Positions 22,262 to 32,059 of a DNA stretch of 64,000 bases are shown here, in pieces. The stretch lies in NCBI GenBank assembly GCA_963776725.1, contig CAVZOE010000018.1, positions 443,474 to 507,473 on the forward strand, read 5' to 3'. The position numbers and the translations under genes were made by a program. How positions within the stretch are numbered: the stretch's first letter is position 1; the number at the start of each line of letters is the position of its first letter. Origin of the DNA: an uncultured Candidatus Rokubacteria bacterium. GTDB lineage: Bacteria > Methylomirabilota > Methylomirabilia > Rokubacteriales > CSP1-6. The notes beneath the pieces were generated by a model. The model had not been told where the DNA came from, did no database searches, and saw only the letters and a program-made list of their open reading frames with translations.

Positions 22262-23077
22262 GTGCTCCGACCCGATCCCTGGCGCACCCTCGACGCGCAG
22301 CCCAATGTCGTCAAGCTCATCGAGGGGCTCGAAGCCCGCGGCCGCGCGCGTGGCCAGGTGCGACTGCGGCGCCGATTTCTTCGCTTCGTCCCGGTGCCGC
22401 GTGGCGGCCGCGTGCTCGAGGTGGGCTGCGGCAGCGGCGTCGTGCTCCGCGACCTCGCGGCGATGGTGGGACGCCGCGGCGAGGCCGTCGGCGTGGATCC
22501 CAGTCGGACGATTCTCGACGCGGCGCGGCGACTGTCCCGGCGGGCGCCGGGCGGGCGCATCACGCTGCGCCACGCCGACGGCGCGCACCTGCCGTGGTCG
22601 TCCGACCGCTTCGACGCCGCGCTGGCCATCACCGTCATCCTGCACGTGGCCGAGCCGCTGTCGGTCGTCCGTGAGATGGCGCGCGTGACCCGGCCGGGCG
22701 GACGCGTCGGCCTGCAAGACCAGGACTTCGGCATGCTGGCGGTGACCCATCCCGACCGCGCCCTGACCGATCGGATCATGCAGGGCGTCGCCGCCGCGGT
22801 CTATCCCGAGCCGTACAGTGGCCGCCGGCTGCCGCGCCTGCTCGTCGCCGCCGGGCTGCAGCGCGTGCGGGTCCTGACCGATTTCTTTCAGGACACCACG
22901 CTCGAGCCCTGGACCAAGACCTTCCTGGAGCGGCGCGCCGAGAACGCCGTGCGCTACGAGGTGGTGGACGAACCCACCGCCCAGCGCTGGCTCGACGGCT
23001 TCACCGCCGAGGTGGCGGCCGGTACGTTCGTGCTCACGATGGTCTACTACGGTGCCGTCGGCGTGAAGCCCGCGTGA
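22262..23077 (+). CDS. class I SAM-dependent methyltransferase
   Basis: VLEVGCGSG motif I, followed by DAALAITVILHV and PGGRVGL. The GTG 22262 start is chosen to avoid overlap with the YHS gene; the tracked ORF begins at 22148. Confidence 0.85.
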   Translation: MLRPDPWRTLDAQPNVVKLIEGLEARGRARGQVRLRRRFLRFVPVPRGGRVLEVGCGSGVVLRDLAAMVGRRGEAVGVDPSRTILDAARRLSRRAPGGRITLRHADGAHLPWSSDRFDAALAITVILHVAEPLSVVREMARVTRPGGRVGLQDQDFGMLAVTHPDRALTDRIMQGVAAAVYPEPYSGRRLPRLLVAAGLQRVRVLTDFFQDTTLEPWTKTFLERRAENAVRYEVVDEPTAQRWLDGFTAEVAAGTFVLTMVYYGAVGVKPA

Positions 23078-23979
23078 CGATCGCCACGCGCCGGATCGCC
23101 CTCGCGGTCCTGGCGCTCGCGCTCCTGGCCGGTGTGGCGACCGGCGCCTCGCCGAAGTTCGACGGCGCCGCCGCGCTCAAGCACGTCGAGCGGCTGGTGG
23201 CCATCGGCCCGCGCGTGGCCGGCTCGCCCGGCGGCGTGCGGGCGCGCGAGTACATCGTGACGGAGGCGCGCAAGATCAGCGGCGCGCAGGTCCAGGTGCG
23301 CCCGTTCGAGGCGGACACGCCGGACGGCCTGATGAGCATGGCCAACGTGGTCGCGGTGCTGCCCGGCGCCCGCCCCGACGTCATCATGCTGGCCGGCCAC
23401 TACGACACCAAGCTGTTCCGCGAGTTTCGCTTCGTCGGGGCCAACGACGGTGGCTCCAGCGCCGCGCTGCTCCTCGAGCTCGGCCGCGTCCTCGCCGCGG
23501 CGCCGCGACGCTACACGTACTGGCTGGTGTGGTTCGACGGCGAGGAGGCGCGCGGGGCGTGGACCGCGACCGACAGCCTCTACGGCTCCCGCCAGCTCGC
23601 CGGCGAGCTGGCCAAGACCGGGCACTTGCCGCGGGCGATGATCCTGGCGGACATGATCGGTGACCGCGACCTGTCCATCAATCGCGAGGCGTACTCGGCG
23701 CCCTGGCTCACCGACATCATCTGGGACTCCGCCGCACGCCTGGGCTATGGCCGCCACTTCCGGCGCGAGCTGATGCCGGTCGAGGACGACCACGTGCCGT
23801 TCATGAAGCAAGGCGTCCCGGCCGCACTCCTGATCGACTTCAACTATCCTCCGTGGCACACCGCCGAGGACACGGTGGACAAGGTCTCGGCCCAGAGCCT
23901 GACCGTGGTGGGCGAGGTCCTGGTGGAGTCGCTGCCCTCGGTCGAGCTGCATCTCTCGAAGCTGAGCGGCCCTCGGTGA
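23074..23979 (+). CDS. M28 family peptidase (glutaminyl cyclase/aminopeptidase-like), secreted
   Basis: Signal peptide present. HYDT, NDGGSSAA, FDGEE and EDDHVPF metal-ligand pattern. Confidence 0.85.
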   Translation: MTIATRRIALAVLALALLAGVATGASPKFDGAAALKHVERLVAIGPRVAGSPGGVRAREYIVTEARKISGAQVQVRPFEADTPDGLMSMANVVAVLPGARPDVIMLAGHYDTKLFREFRFVGANDGGSSAALLLELGRVLAAAPRRYTYWLVWFDGEEARGAWTATDSLYGSRQLAGELAKTGHLPRAMILADMIGDRDLSINREAYSAPWLTDIIWDSAARLGYGRHFRRELMPVEDDHVPFMKQGVPAALLIDFNYPPWHTAEDTVDKVSAQSLTVVGEVLVESLPSVELHLSKLSGPR

Positions 23980-24006
23980 GGGGGCCGGAGGAGCTACAAT
24001 TCCGCC

Positions 24007-24549
24007 ATGCCACGCATCCGCGAAGTCGAGGATCCCGGCGACGACCCCATCCTGAAGGACATCTGGTCGAAGGAGCAGGATCGCTTCGGCTTCACCCTGA
24101 ACACGACGAAGATCCAGGCCCACACGCCGGGCATTCTCAGGGCGGCCAAGCAGCTCTCGGTCGCCGTCGACAAATCCGGTCTGCTGCCGCCGCTCCTGCT
24201 CTCGCTCGTCTATCTACGCGTCGCCCTCATCAACGGCTGCCCCTTCTGAATTGACATGAACGCATCCCGTGGGATGCAGGCCGGCGCGACGGAGGACAAG
24301 CTGCGCGCCGTCGCCGAGTCGGCCACCAGCCCGTTGTTCACCGAGCTCGAGCGCACCGCGCTCGCCTACGCCGAGGCCATGACGATCACCGGCCACAAGG
24401 TGACCGACGCGCTCTTCGCCAAGCTCCACGCCCACCTGAGCGAGGCGCAGATGGTGGAGCTCACCGCCGCCGTCGCGCTGGAGAACTTCCGCAGCAAGTT
24501 CAACACCGCGCTGGGCATCGAGGCGCAGGGGTTCTGCGTCCTCAAGTAG
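24007..24549 (+). CDS. carboxymuconolactone decarboxylase/AhpD-like protein with in-frame TGA (24247-24249) at the second position of the CxxC motif; candidate selenoprotein
   Basis: ORFs 24007..24249 and 24256..24549 share one frame. Read-through gives ...LINGCPF[TGA]IDMNASRGMQAG..., matching the NGCxxCxDM core of the family. Confidence 0.65.
24262..24277 (+). promoter_or_regulatory. SECIS-like hairpin GCAUCC-CGUG-GGAUGC
   Basis: Perfect 6-bp GC-rich stem with a 4-nt loop containing GU. It starts 13 nt after the in-frame UGA. Confidence 0.45.
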
Positions 24550-24562
24550 GCGGCGGGCGTGC

Positions 24563-25579
24563 TTACTCGATGATCTGATCCGCTCGCGCCAGCAGCGACG
24601 GCGGGATCGTGAGGCCGAGGGCCTTGGCGGTCTTGAGGTTGATGACCAGCTCGAACTTCGTCGGTTGCTCGACGGGCAGGTCGCCGGGCTTGGTGCCTTT
24701 CAGAATCTTGTCCACGTAGGTCGCGGCGCGCCGAAACAAATCAGCCAGGTTCGCTCCATAGGCCATGAGGCCCCCACCATCGACAAAATCCCTCGACGGG
24801 TACACCGTCGGCAGCCGGTGCTTTGCCGACAAGTCCACCAGGCGCCGTCGCTCGCTGTTGAAGATGGCGCCTCCCCACACCGCCAGCGCGCCTGCGCGCG
24901 CCCGGGTCACATCCAGGAAGGCCCGGTCGAAATCGGCAGAACCGTGCGCCTTGACGAATTGAAGCCGCACCCCCAGCGCCCGCGCTGCGGCTTCTGCTCC
25001 CTGCAGCATGTCCTGGTCCGTGTGCTCTCCGGCGGCATCTGGCTGCCACAGGACCGCGACCTGACTGACTCCCGGAACAGCCTGCTTGAGCTGCTCCAGA
25101 CACTTGCCGATGAGCTCCGGGGCGAGGTTGGACAGTCCCGTGACATTGCCGCCCGGGCGCGCAAGGCTGGTGACGAGCCCGTCCGTGACCGGATCGGTCG
25201 CAGAAGTGAAGACGATGGGGAGGGTCCTCGTCGCTTGCTTGGCGGCCAGGGCGGTGGGTGTGCCTCCTCCCGTCACGATGACATCAACCTTGAGCGCAAT
25301 CAGCTCGGCCGCCAGAGCCGGGAGCCGCTCGATCTTCCCCTCGGCAGATCGGTATTCGATCACGACGTTGCGGCCCTCGACATACCCGAGGTCACGCAGT
25401 CCTTGGAGGAAGGCCGCTCGCAGGTGGAGGTTCGCGCCCGGGTTGAGCCCCAGGAAGCCTACTCGCGGGACGACCTTGGCCGCCGGCTGTGCATCGACGG
25501 CGAGCGGCGCGGCCAGCGCCCCGGCCAGCGAGGTCAGCAGAAAGCGGCGGCGGTCCATGCCGGGACGGTGAGGCATCAC
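24563..25579 (-). CDS. ABC transporter substrate-binding protein (ABC_sub_bind/PF04392-like), Tat signal
   Basis: RRRFLLTSLAGALAAPLAVDA signal, followed by IVFTSATDPV, ARPGGNVTG and PTKFELVINLKTAKALGLTIPPSLLARADQIIE. Confidence 0.85.
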   Translation of the reverse strand: MMPHRPGMDRRRFLLTSLAGALAAPLAVDAQPAAKVVPRVGFLGLNPGANLHLRAAFLQGLRDLGYVEGRNVVIEYRSAEGKIERLPALAAELIALKVDVIVTGGGTPTALAAKQATRTLPIVFTSATDPVTDGLVTSLARPGGNVTGLSNLAPELIGKCLEQLKQAVPGVSQVAVLWQPDAAGEHTDQDMLQGAEAAARALGVRLQFVKAHGSADFDRAFLDVTRARAGALAVWGGAIFNSERRRLVDLSAKHRLPTVYPSRDFVDGGGLMAYGANLADLFRRAATYVDKILKGTKPGDLPVEQPTKFELVINLKTAKALGLTIPPSLLARADQIIE

Positions 25580-25587
25580 CTGTTCTG

Positions 25588-26592
25588 CTACTCGATCACC
25601 TGATCCGCCCGCAGCAGCAACGAGGGTGGAACCGTGAGCCCGAGGGCCTTGGCGGCTTTGACGTTGACGACCAGCTCGAACTTCGTGGGCTGCTCGATCG
25701 GGAGATCGGCCGGCTTCGCCCCTTTCAGGATCTTGTCGACGTAGGCCGCCGCACGACGGAACTGCTCGGTGAAGCTCGGACCGTACGACATGAACCCCCC
25801 GGCGACGGCGGCCTCCCTCAGGCCGTACATGACGGGCAGGCGCTGCTCGGCCGCGAGCTGGATGATGCTGCTCGCCTCCCGGACGAACAGGGGGTCGGCC
25901 AGCACCAGGGCCGCGCCGGTGCCGCGCTTGCCGATCGCCCGCAAGGCCTCACTGATCTCGTCACGAGTGCTGACCTCGGCGACATCGACGCGCAGCTTCA
26001 AGGTTCGGGCGGTCGCCAGAACCGTTTTCACGCGGGGCGGGTGGGAGGGGTTCATGGGGTTGGCCAGCACCGCGATCGACGCCAGCCCTTTCACCGCCTC
26101 TCGCAGCAGATCGACCTGTTTGCCCGCCACCTCGGTCCCGACGAAGCTCAATCCCGTCACGTTCCCGCCGGGACGCGCCAGGCTCGCGACCAGGCCGACG
26201 GCGACGGGGTCGGACGGAATCGTCATCACGATCGGCAGCGTGCGCGTCGCCTGCTTGGCGGCCAGGGCGACCTGCGTGGACGACACGACGATCACCTCGA
26301 CCCCGATCCGGCTCAGCTCCTCGACGGCGGCGATGGCGGGCTCCATGCCCAGCTCCAGGTATCGCCGCTCGATGACGATGCTTCGAGGCTGGACCCAGCC
26401 ATGCTCTTGCAGGCCCGCCACGAACGCGTCCCAGAACGAGTCGGTCACCGGTGTGGTCGGCGCGTTGCCCAGATAGGCGATCCGTCGTACGCCGCCTGCC
26501 CGTTGCGCCGCCACGACGCGCGGGGCGGCGATAGCGCCGGTGAGCGAGGTCAGCAGGAAGTGGCGGCGATTCACACCGGGACAATAGAGCAT
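25588..26592 (-). CDS. ABC transporter substrate-binding protein (PF04392-like), tandem paralogue
   Basis: Start at MLYCPGVNRRHFLL (26592). Same motif set as its neighbour (ARPGGNVTG, PTKFELVVNVKAAKALGLTVPPSLLLRADQVIE). Confidence 0.85.
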   Translation of the reverse strand: MLYCPGVNRRHFLLTSLTGAIAAPRVVAAQRAGGVRRIAYLGNAPTTPVTDSFWDAFVAGLQEHGWVQPRSIVIERRYLELGMEPAIAAVEELSRIGVEVIVVSSTQVALAAKQATRTLPIVMTIPSDPVAVGLVASLARPGGNVTGLSFVGTEVAGKQVDLLREAVKGLASIAVLANPMNPSHPPRVKTVLATARTLKLRVDVAEVSTRDEISEALRAIGKRGTGAALVLADPLFVREASSIIQLAAEQRLPVMYGLREAAVAGGFMSYGPSFTEQFRRAAAYVDKILKGAKPADLPIEQPTKFELVVNVKAAKALGLTVPPSLLLRADQVIE

Positions 26593-26663
26593 CCCCCGTC
26601 CGCTCGCGTGAGGATCCGCGCGCCACGCGCCACGTCCGGCCGCGACCCGGTGGTCGATCGGCG

Positions 26664-27071
26664 CTAGGACGCCCCGTACACGGTGAGCTCGACGAGGTTG
26701 TCGTCCGGATCGCGAACGTACACGCTGGTCGACGGGCCGCGCGCGCAGGTGCGCAGACCGGGGCCGGCTTCCGGCACGATGCCATTGCGCTTCAACAGGG
26801 CGACGATCTCTTCTACGGTTCCGTCCCACTCCAGGCAGAAGTCGGCGCCGCCCACCGCGGGCTTTCGCGCGCCAAGGTAGCCCGGGCGCGCCGGCGCCTC
26901 GGGACCGTGCACGTTGATCTTCTGCGCGGCATTGATGCGGATCGTCGCCATGTCCGGACGACCCGGCCGTTGCTCCCACGCGATCGCAAGGCCGAGCTTC
27001 TCGTAGAAGCTCAGCGTGCGCTGCAGATCGCCGGCGACGATGACCCAGTGATCGATGGCCCTGATTGCCAT
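26664..27071 (-). CDS. VOC (glyoxalase/bleomycin-resistance/dioxygenase) family protein
   Basis: 135 aa with IDHWVIVAGDL...FYEKLG at the N-terminus and YVRDPDDNLVEL at the C-terminus. Confidence 0.8.
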   Translation of the reverse strand: MAIRAIDHWVIVAGDLQRTLSFYEKLGLAIAWEQRPGRPDMATIRINAAQKINVHGPEAPARPGYLGARKPAVGGADFCLEWDGTVEEIVALLKRNGIVPEAGPGLRTCARGPSTSVYVRDPDDNLVELTVYGAS

Positions 27072-27200
27072 GGCTGACGCCTCCGCGTGAGCTCCAGGGT
27101 ACCGCGGTTGAACGGCGCGAACTGATCGCGAGCTATCTTCGGCCAGAGCTGGGCTGAGCGCGCGTCAGGATCACTCGCGGGATCGGGGGCGAGATCGTCG

Positions 27201-28367
27201 TCACGCGAGGTGGGAGCGTCGCCGCGCGATGAGATGCACGGTGAGCGCCGTCGCGATCGCGGCGGCGAGCGCCTGGTAGAGCGCCGGGGTTCCCAGCCGG
27301 GCGGTGGCGACCCCGGCGACGAGCGGGCCGACGGCCAGCCCCGAGTCCACCCACGTCGCGAAGGCCGCCAGCCGCTCCACGATGCTGCCGGAGCGCTCCT
27401 GGGTGGCCAGGACCGGGCCCACGCTCGACAGGAACGCGCGCGCCACCACGACCACGATCGCGCCGGCGTAGAGCGCGCCGTGCGCGATGCCGAGCAGGCC
27501 GGCCACCACGACCACGACGCACGGCACCAGGAGCCGCCGGGCGCCGAGCCGATCGATCAGGGGACCGGCCACCAGCGACAGCACGACGACGACCACCCGC
27601 TGCAGGGCCAGGAGCAGGCCGGCGGTGAGCAGGGCCGAGGTGGCGCTCAGCGTGCCGGCGAAGAGCAGCGAGAGCGTCGTGGCGAACGCCCCGTCCACGA
27701 CGGCGGTCGTGAAGAACAGCACGTTGAGCGACGACGGTCGCCAGCGCGTGTGCACGAGCCCGGGCGCGTCGCCATGCGCGGCGGCGCTTCCGCGGGGCAG
27801 CGTGAGCGCCAGGGGCACCGCCAGCAGCCCGGCCGCGCCGAGAAGGACGAACACACCGCGAGGCCCCACGCTCAGCGCGAGCCAGGCGCCGACGCTCAGC
27901 GCGAACGCGGCGCCGCTCGTGCTCACCGCGCGGTTGAGGCCCACGCGGCGGCCGGTGGCCTGGCCGTCGCCGATGGCGTACGCGGTCGTCGTCACGTTGA
28001 GGATGCCGTAGGCCAGACCCCACACCAACCGGGCGAGCAGCAGTGGGATCAGACCGAACGTCAGGCCGTAGGCCAGCGTGGAGAGCGCGGCCCCCAGCGC
28101 AGCGGCGGCCGTGACCGTGCGCATGCCGAGCCGGTGGCTGAGCGCGGTCACCCAGCCGTAGCCGAGGATGCGGACGATGCGATTGAGCGAGAGCACGACG
28201 CCGACCGCGCCGAGGCCGATGCCGAACGCGGGCGCGTGCAGGGGCATGACGACGTAGATCAAGGCGTCGCCGAACCACACCAGGCCCAGTACGGCGGCGG
28301 CGCGGATGACGACCGCGTTGCCTCCATCGCTGGACGTGCGACGGCCCCCGTTTCCGGGGGCCGTCAT
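27201..28367 (-). CDS. MFS transporter
   Basis: 388 aa, about 12 hydrophobic segments, with an MFS-like loop LSHRLGMRT. Confidence 0.8.
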   Translation of the reverse strand: MTAPGNGGRRTSSDGGNAVVIRAAAVLGLVWFGDALIYVVMPLHAPAFGIGLGAVGVVLSLNRIVRILGYGWVTALSHRLGMRTVTAAAALGAALSTLAYGLTFGLIPLLLARLVWGLAYGILNVTTTAYAIGDGQATGRRVGLNRAVSTSGAAFALSVGAWLALSVGPRGVFVLLGAAGLLAVPLALTLPRGSAAAHGDAPGLVHTRWRPSSLNVLFFTTAVVDGAFATTLSLLFAGTLSATSALLTAGLLLALQRVVVVVLSLVAGPLIDRLGARRLLVPCVVVVVAGLLGIAHGALYAGAIVVVVARAFLSSVGPVLATQERSGSIVERLAAFATWVDSGLAVGPLVAGVATARLGTPALYQALAAAIATALTVHLIARRRSHLA

Positions 28368-28394
28368 CGTGAGCGCGCCGTCAGGCCGATGGCC

Positions 28395-28784
28395 CTAGCG
28401 CATGATGCTGGGCAGCTCGAGACGCTCGTAGTCGAAGACTCGGACGCGATAGGTCGGTGCGGGGTCGACCGGCACCTCGAAGAACAGGCGAGTGGCGCCG
28501 TTCATCGTTCCCGGGACCCAGGCCACACGCTGCGACGTCGTCTCACCGGCAGCGTTGAGCATGTCCACGAGGATCCGGACACTGTGCACGTCATAGGACG
28601 ACGTGTTGACGACGTATCCCTGCAGCACCGGCTTGCCCCTGCTCTGGACAGGCTCCCAGGTGACGGTGAAGTACTGCTCCCACCCCGCCATGTGAGGCTT
28701 CAGCTCCGCCTCGGCACCGGGAATCGCGATCGTCAGGGCGAGCAGGATGAATGAGGCGAGCGCCGTGACCGTCCATCTGTTCAT
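28395..28784 (-). CDS. hypothetical secreted protein
   Basis: ATG 28784 is preceded by GGAGG. Signal peptide MNRWTVTALASFILLALTIAIPGAEA, 129 aa. Confidence 0.6.
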   Translation of the reverse strand: MNRWTVTALASFILLALTIAIPGAEAELKPHMAGWEQYFTVTWEPVQSRGKPVLQGYVVNTSSYDVHSVRILVDMLNAAGETTSQRVAWVPGTMNGATRLFFEVPVDPAPTYRVRVFDYERLELPSIMR

Positions 28785-28892
28785 GGGAGCCTCCGTCTCA
28801 AACGATAGCGCGGTGAACCCCAGTCGGCAACGTGATGGGGGGTGGCCTTTCCCAACGCTTGGGACAGGGGTACAGTGCGGACGGAGGGTCCC

Positions 28893-29582
28893 ATGATTCG
28901 AAGCCGCATCCCGGTGGGCATAGGGTTGGCGCTCGTCGCGGCTGCGTGCTTGCTGCCCGTGGCGGCTTCGGCTCAGGGGCGCGGGGGCGGAGGCTCCCGG
29001 GGGGGAGGCTCCACCGGTGGGGCCGCGGTGGGGCGTTCCGGTGGGTTCGCCGGGGGGCGGGGTTTCAACGGCGGCTTCAACGGCGGCCACGGGTTCAACC
29101 ACTTCAACAACGGCTTCAACCACCACCGCTTCAACTCGAACTCGGTCATCTTCGTCGGCCCGAGCCCGTTCTGGTACTCGAGTCCGCCGGTCGTGTACTC
29201 GCCGCCGTCGGTCTATTTCGCGCCTCAGGTCGTCTACCAGACCCCACCGCCGATGTCGTACTACCCGGCCGCACCGACGGCTCCGCCCGGACCGCGTGTC
29301 GTCGAGTTCCCGACCGGCCACTACGAGCTGCGGGGCGACGGAATGGGCACGCCGTACACCTGGGTCTGGATCCCGAATCCGCCGTCGGCCCCGCCGGGCC
29401 CGCCACCCGCGCCGACCGCTCCGCCGGCGCCGACCAGCGGTCCGGTCGCCAAGCCCGCGCCCACGCCGAACGGCGCGATCTATCGCTGGACCGATGACAA
29501 CGGGGTGACCACCATCACCGACGACATCAACAAGGTCCCCGATCGGTATCGGATTCACCTGGTCAACCGCACTCACCTCTGA
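28893..29582 (+). CDS. secreted Gly-rich/Pro-rich protein with DUF4124-like C-terminus
   Basis: ATG 28893 is preceded by GGAGGG. It has a signal peptide, a GGF/NGGF low-complexity region, PPxP tracts and a C-terminal IYRWTDDNGVTTITDD motif. Confidence 0.65.
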   Translation: MIRSRIPVGIGLALVAAACLLPVAASAQGRGGGGSRGGGSTGGAAVGRSGGFAGGRGFNGGFNGGHGFNHFNNGFNHHRFNSNSVIFVGPSPFWYSSPPVVYSPPSVYFAPQVVYQTPPPMSYYPAAPTAPPGPRVVEFPTGHYELRGDGMGTPYTWVWIPNPPSAPPGPPPAPTAPPAPTSGPVAKPAPTPNGAIYRWTDDNGVTTITDDINKVPDRYRIHLVNRTHL

Positions 29583-29796
29583 GCCGCCGGCACGGCGGGC
29601 GGTGCGCCGCGGTGCCACGAAGTGGTCTCCCGCGTGACTTTGTGGGAAGTCCACTTCCCTCGTCTTCGACCCACGGCCGCCGGCCAGAAAAGCGTTGTGT
29701 CCTGCCTACATCTTTGGCGATGATCGGAGGACGCGCCTGGTGGCCGGTCCGTACCCCGACGATCATCGCGTGCTTGAGTCATGGAGGGCTGAGCCG

Positions 29797-30861
29797 ATGA
29801 ACTTCGAATCTCCACTCGCGCTGGCGTACCGGACGCCGCTCGAGGATTCGTTCATCGGCATCTCGGCGGCGCTCAGCACCGAGCTGAGCGTGGAGGCCGT
29901 GCTCGACCACATCCTGGAGCAGGCGCGCCTGTTCACCCGGGCCGAGGCGGGCACCATCTTCCTGGTGGACAACGACCACCTGCGATTCGCGGTGGTGCAG
30001 AACGAGCCCCTGACCGCGCGCTTCGGACCTCGCGAGCTGCGCCGGCGGCTTCAGTCCTGGCCGCTGCCGCTGAGCCAGCCGAGCCTGGCGACGCACGTCG
30101 CGCTGACCGGCGCCACGCTGAACGTCGAGGACGCCTACGCCAACCACCTGCTGCGGCCGCTCTTCGATCGCGAGGTGGATGCGCGCAACGAGTATCAGAC
30201 CCGGTCGCTGCTGGCGGTGCCGCTGTGCACGCCGGCGGGCAACGTCATCGGCGTCATGGAGCTGATCAACGCCCAGCGGTCCGCCAACGTCGTCGTGCCC
30301 TTCGCGCCCGAGTGCGAGCCGCTGGCGCGGGCCTTCGCCTCGCTGGCGGCGGTGGCCGTGCACCGCTCGATCCTCGACGAGACCACGTTCAAGGACACGC
30401 TGACCGACCTGTACAACCGCCGGTACCTGGGGCTGCGGCTCGAGGAGGAGGCCGGCCGCCACAAGCGCTTCGGGCATCCGGTGTCGGTGGTCTCGGTGGA
30501 TCTCGACGATTTCGATCGCGTGAACCGCCGGGCGGGGCAGCCGGGCGGCGACGCGGTGCTGCGCGAGATCGGCGTCCTGCTGCGGAAGAACACGCGGAAG
30601 TTCACGGTGGTGGCCCGCGATCGCGGCGACGATTTCACGATCGTCCTGTCGAACACCACGCGCGCTGGCGCCACGGTCTACGCCGAGCGCATTCGACAGA
30701 TCATCGCTCGCCATCGCTTCGAGCACGGCACGCTCACGGCCAGCCTCGGCGTGGCGTCGCTGCCCGAGAGCGTCGGCGCCTCCGAGGAGCTCATCACCGG
30801 CGCCTACCAGTCGGTGGCGGAAGCCAAGCGGGACGGTGGTAACCGCGTCGGCGTCCTTTGA
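29797..30861 (+). CDS. GAF domain - GGDEF domain protein with degenerate active site (RGDDF)
   Basis: N-terminal GAF-like region. DTLTDLYNRRYL begins the GGDEF domain, and the signature reads ARDRGDDF instead of GG(D/E)EF. Confidence 0.85.
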   Translation: MNFESPLALAYRTPLEDSFIGISAALSTELSVEAVLDHILEQARLFTRAEAGTIFLVDNDHLRFAVVQNEPLTARFGPRELRRRLQSWPLPLSQPSLATHVALTGATLNVEDAYANHLLRPLFDREVDARNEYQTRSLLAVPLCTPAGNVIGVMELINAQRSANVVVPFAPECEPLARAFASLAAVAVHRSILDETTFKDTLTDLYNRRYLGLRLEEEAGRHKRFGHPVSVVSVDLDDFDRVNRRAGQPGGDAVLREIGVLLRKNTRKFTVVARDRGDDFTIVLSNTTRAGATVYAERIRQIIARHRFEHGTLTASLGVASLPESVGASEELITGAYQSVAEAKRDGGNRVGVL

Positions 30862-30891
30862 TCCCCGGTCTCACGCCCTGACCCAGCGCGG

Positions 30892-32059
30892 TTGAGCGCC
30901 CTTCGGCCGCTGCGCGGCGAATACATCCTGCCGCTGGCCATGTTCTTCGGCTCGTTCTCCTGGTCGTTCGTCTACGTGAGCCTGCCCTTCCACATCCAGA
31001 AGATCTCCACGCTGGACGAGGTGTCGACCCTGCGCTGGACCGGCTGGATCCTGGGCATCTCGCCGCTGGCCACCGTGGTCACCGCGCCGCTGGCTGGGAC
31101 GGATCGGCGGGCGCAGAAATCCCAAGACGGCGTTCGAGATCATCCAGTATCTACAGGGGGCGGCGTTCTTCGCCATGGCGATGGCGCGCACGCTGCCCGA
31201 GATCTTCGTCTCCCGACTCCTGGTCGGACTGATGGGGGCGGCTTCCACGTTCGCCTTCATCAGCGCGGGTCGGTCCGACGATCCAGGTGAGGTGCGCCGT
31301 CAGGTGGCGACCATGCAGTCGGCCATGACCGTCGGCGGGGTGATCGGCCCCCTGTGCGGCGCCATCGCGGCCGCCCGGCTGGGCTTCCGCTGGTCGTTCG
31401 TGGCCGGCGGCCTGGTGCTGCTCGGCTGCGGCGCGCTGGTGCACTGGGGCGTGCCGGGCGGTGAGGCCACGGCACCGCGTGCGGTGCCGGCGCATGCTCG
31501 ACAGTGGCGGGAGGTGATCCTCGTGTCGCTCCTGGTGCTGGGTGGCTCCACGCAGATCTTCTTCCTGACCTCGATCCTGCCGCAGGTGATGGCCGCCCTC
31601 GGCGTGGTCGCCGAGCAGACCCTGGAGATCGGCGGCATCATCATCTTCGCCTCGGGCGCCGCCGCCGCCCTCGGCTCGCTGGTCGCTCCGCGCCTGGCCG
31701 AGGTCCTGCCGGAGCGTCGGCTGGTCGCCGCGCTGTTCGTCGGCTCCTCGCTGAGCGTCGCCGCGCTGGCGGTGGCCCCCGGCGTGTGGAGCTACGGGGC
31801 CCTGCGCTTTCTGCAGGTGCTCTTCATCGCGCCCGTGTTTCCCATCGTCGTCGCGCGAATCGCGCAGACCGCGGGCGGCGAGGCGATCGGTGTGATCAAC
31901 GCGGCGCGGATCGGCGCCTCGTTCATCGGACCCGTGATGGCGACCTCGCTGCTGGCGGCCGGCTCGCCGGTGGCGCTCTACGTGCTCCTGGGCGCCATCG
32001 GCCTCGCCTGCCTGCCCGTGTCGGGGATGCGGGCCCACGTCCCGGCGGCCCGGCGATGA
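30892..32059 (+). CDS. MFS transporter, frame interrupted near 31097
   Basis: The N-terminal ORF (TTG 30892) reads ...VVTAPLAG. The continuation RIGGRRNPKTAFEIIQYLQGAAFFAMAMA... is in the +1 frame (extra G in GGG). Hydrophobic throughout. Confidence 0.75.

Noticed and set aside
24247-24249. Genome-wide reassignment of UGA as a sense codon to explain the in-frame TGA.
   Set aside because: Many well-conserved genes in the window (fabD, iorB, the ABC ATPases, dksA-like and others) terminate at TGA at exactly the expected protein length. UGA is therefore a normal stop here, and only a local, SECIS-type recoding is plausible.
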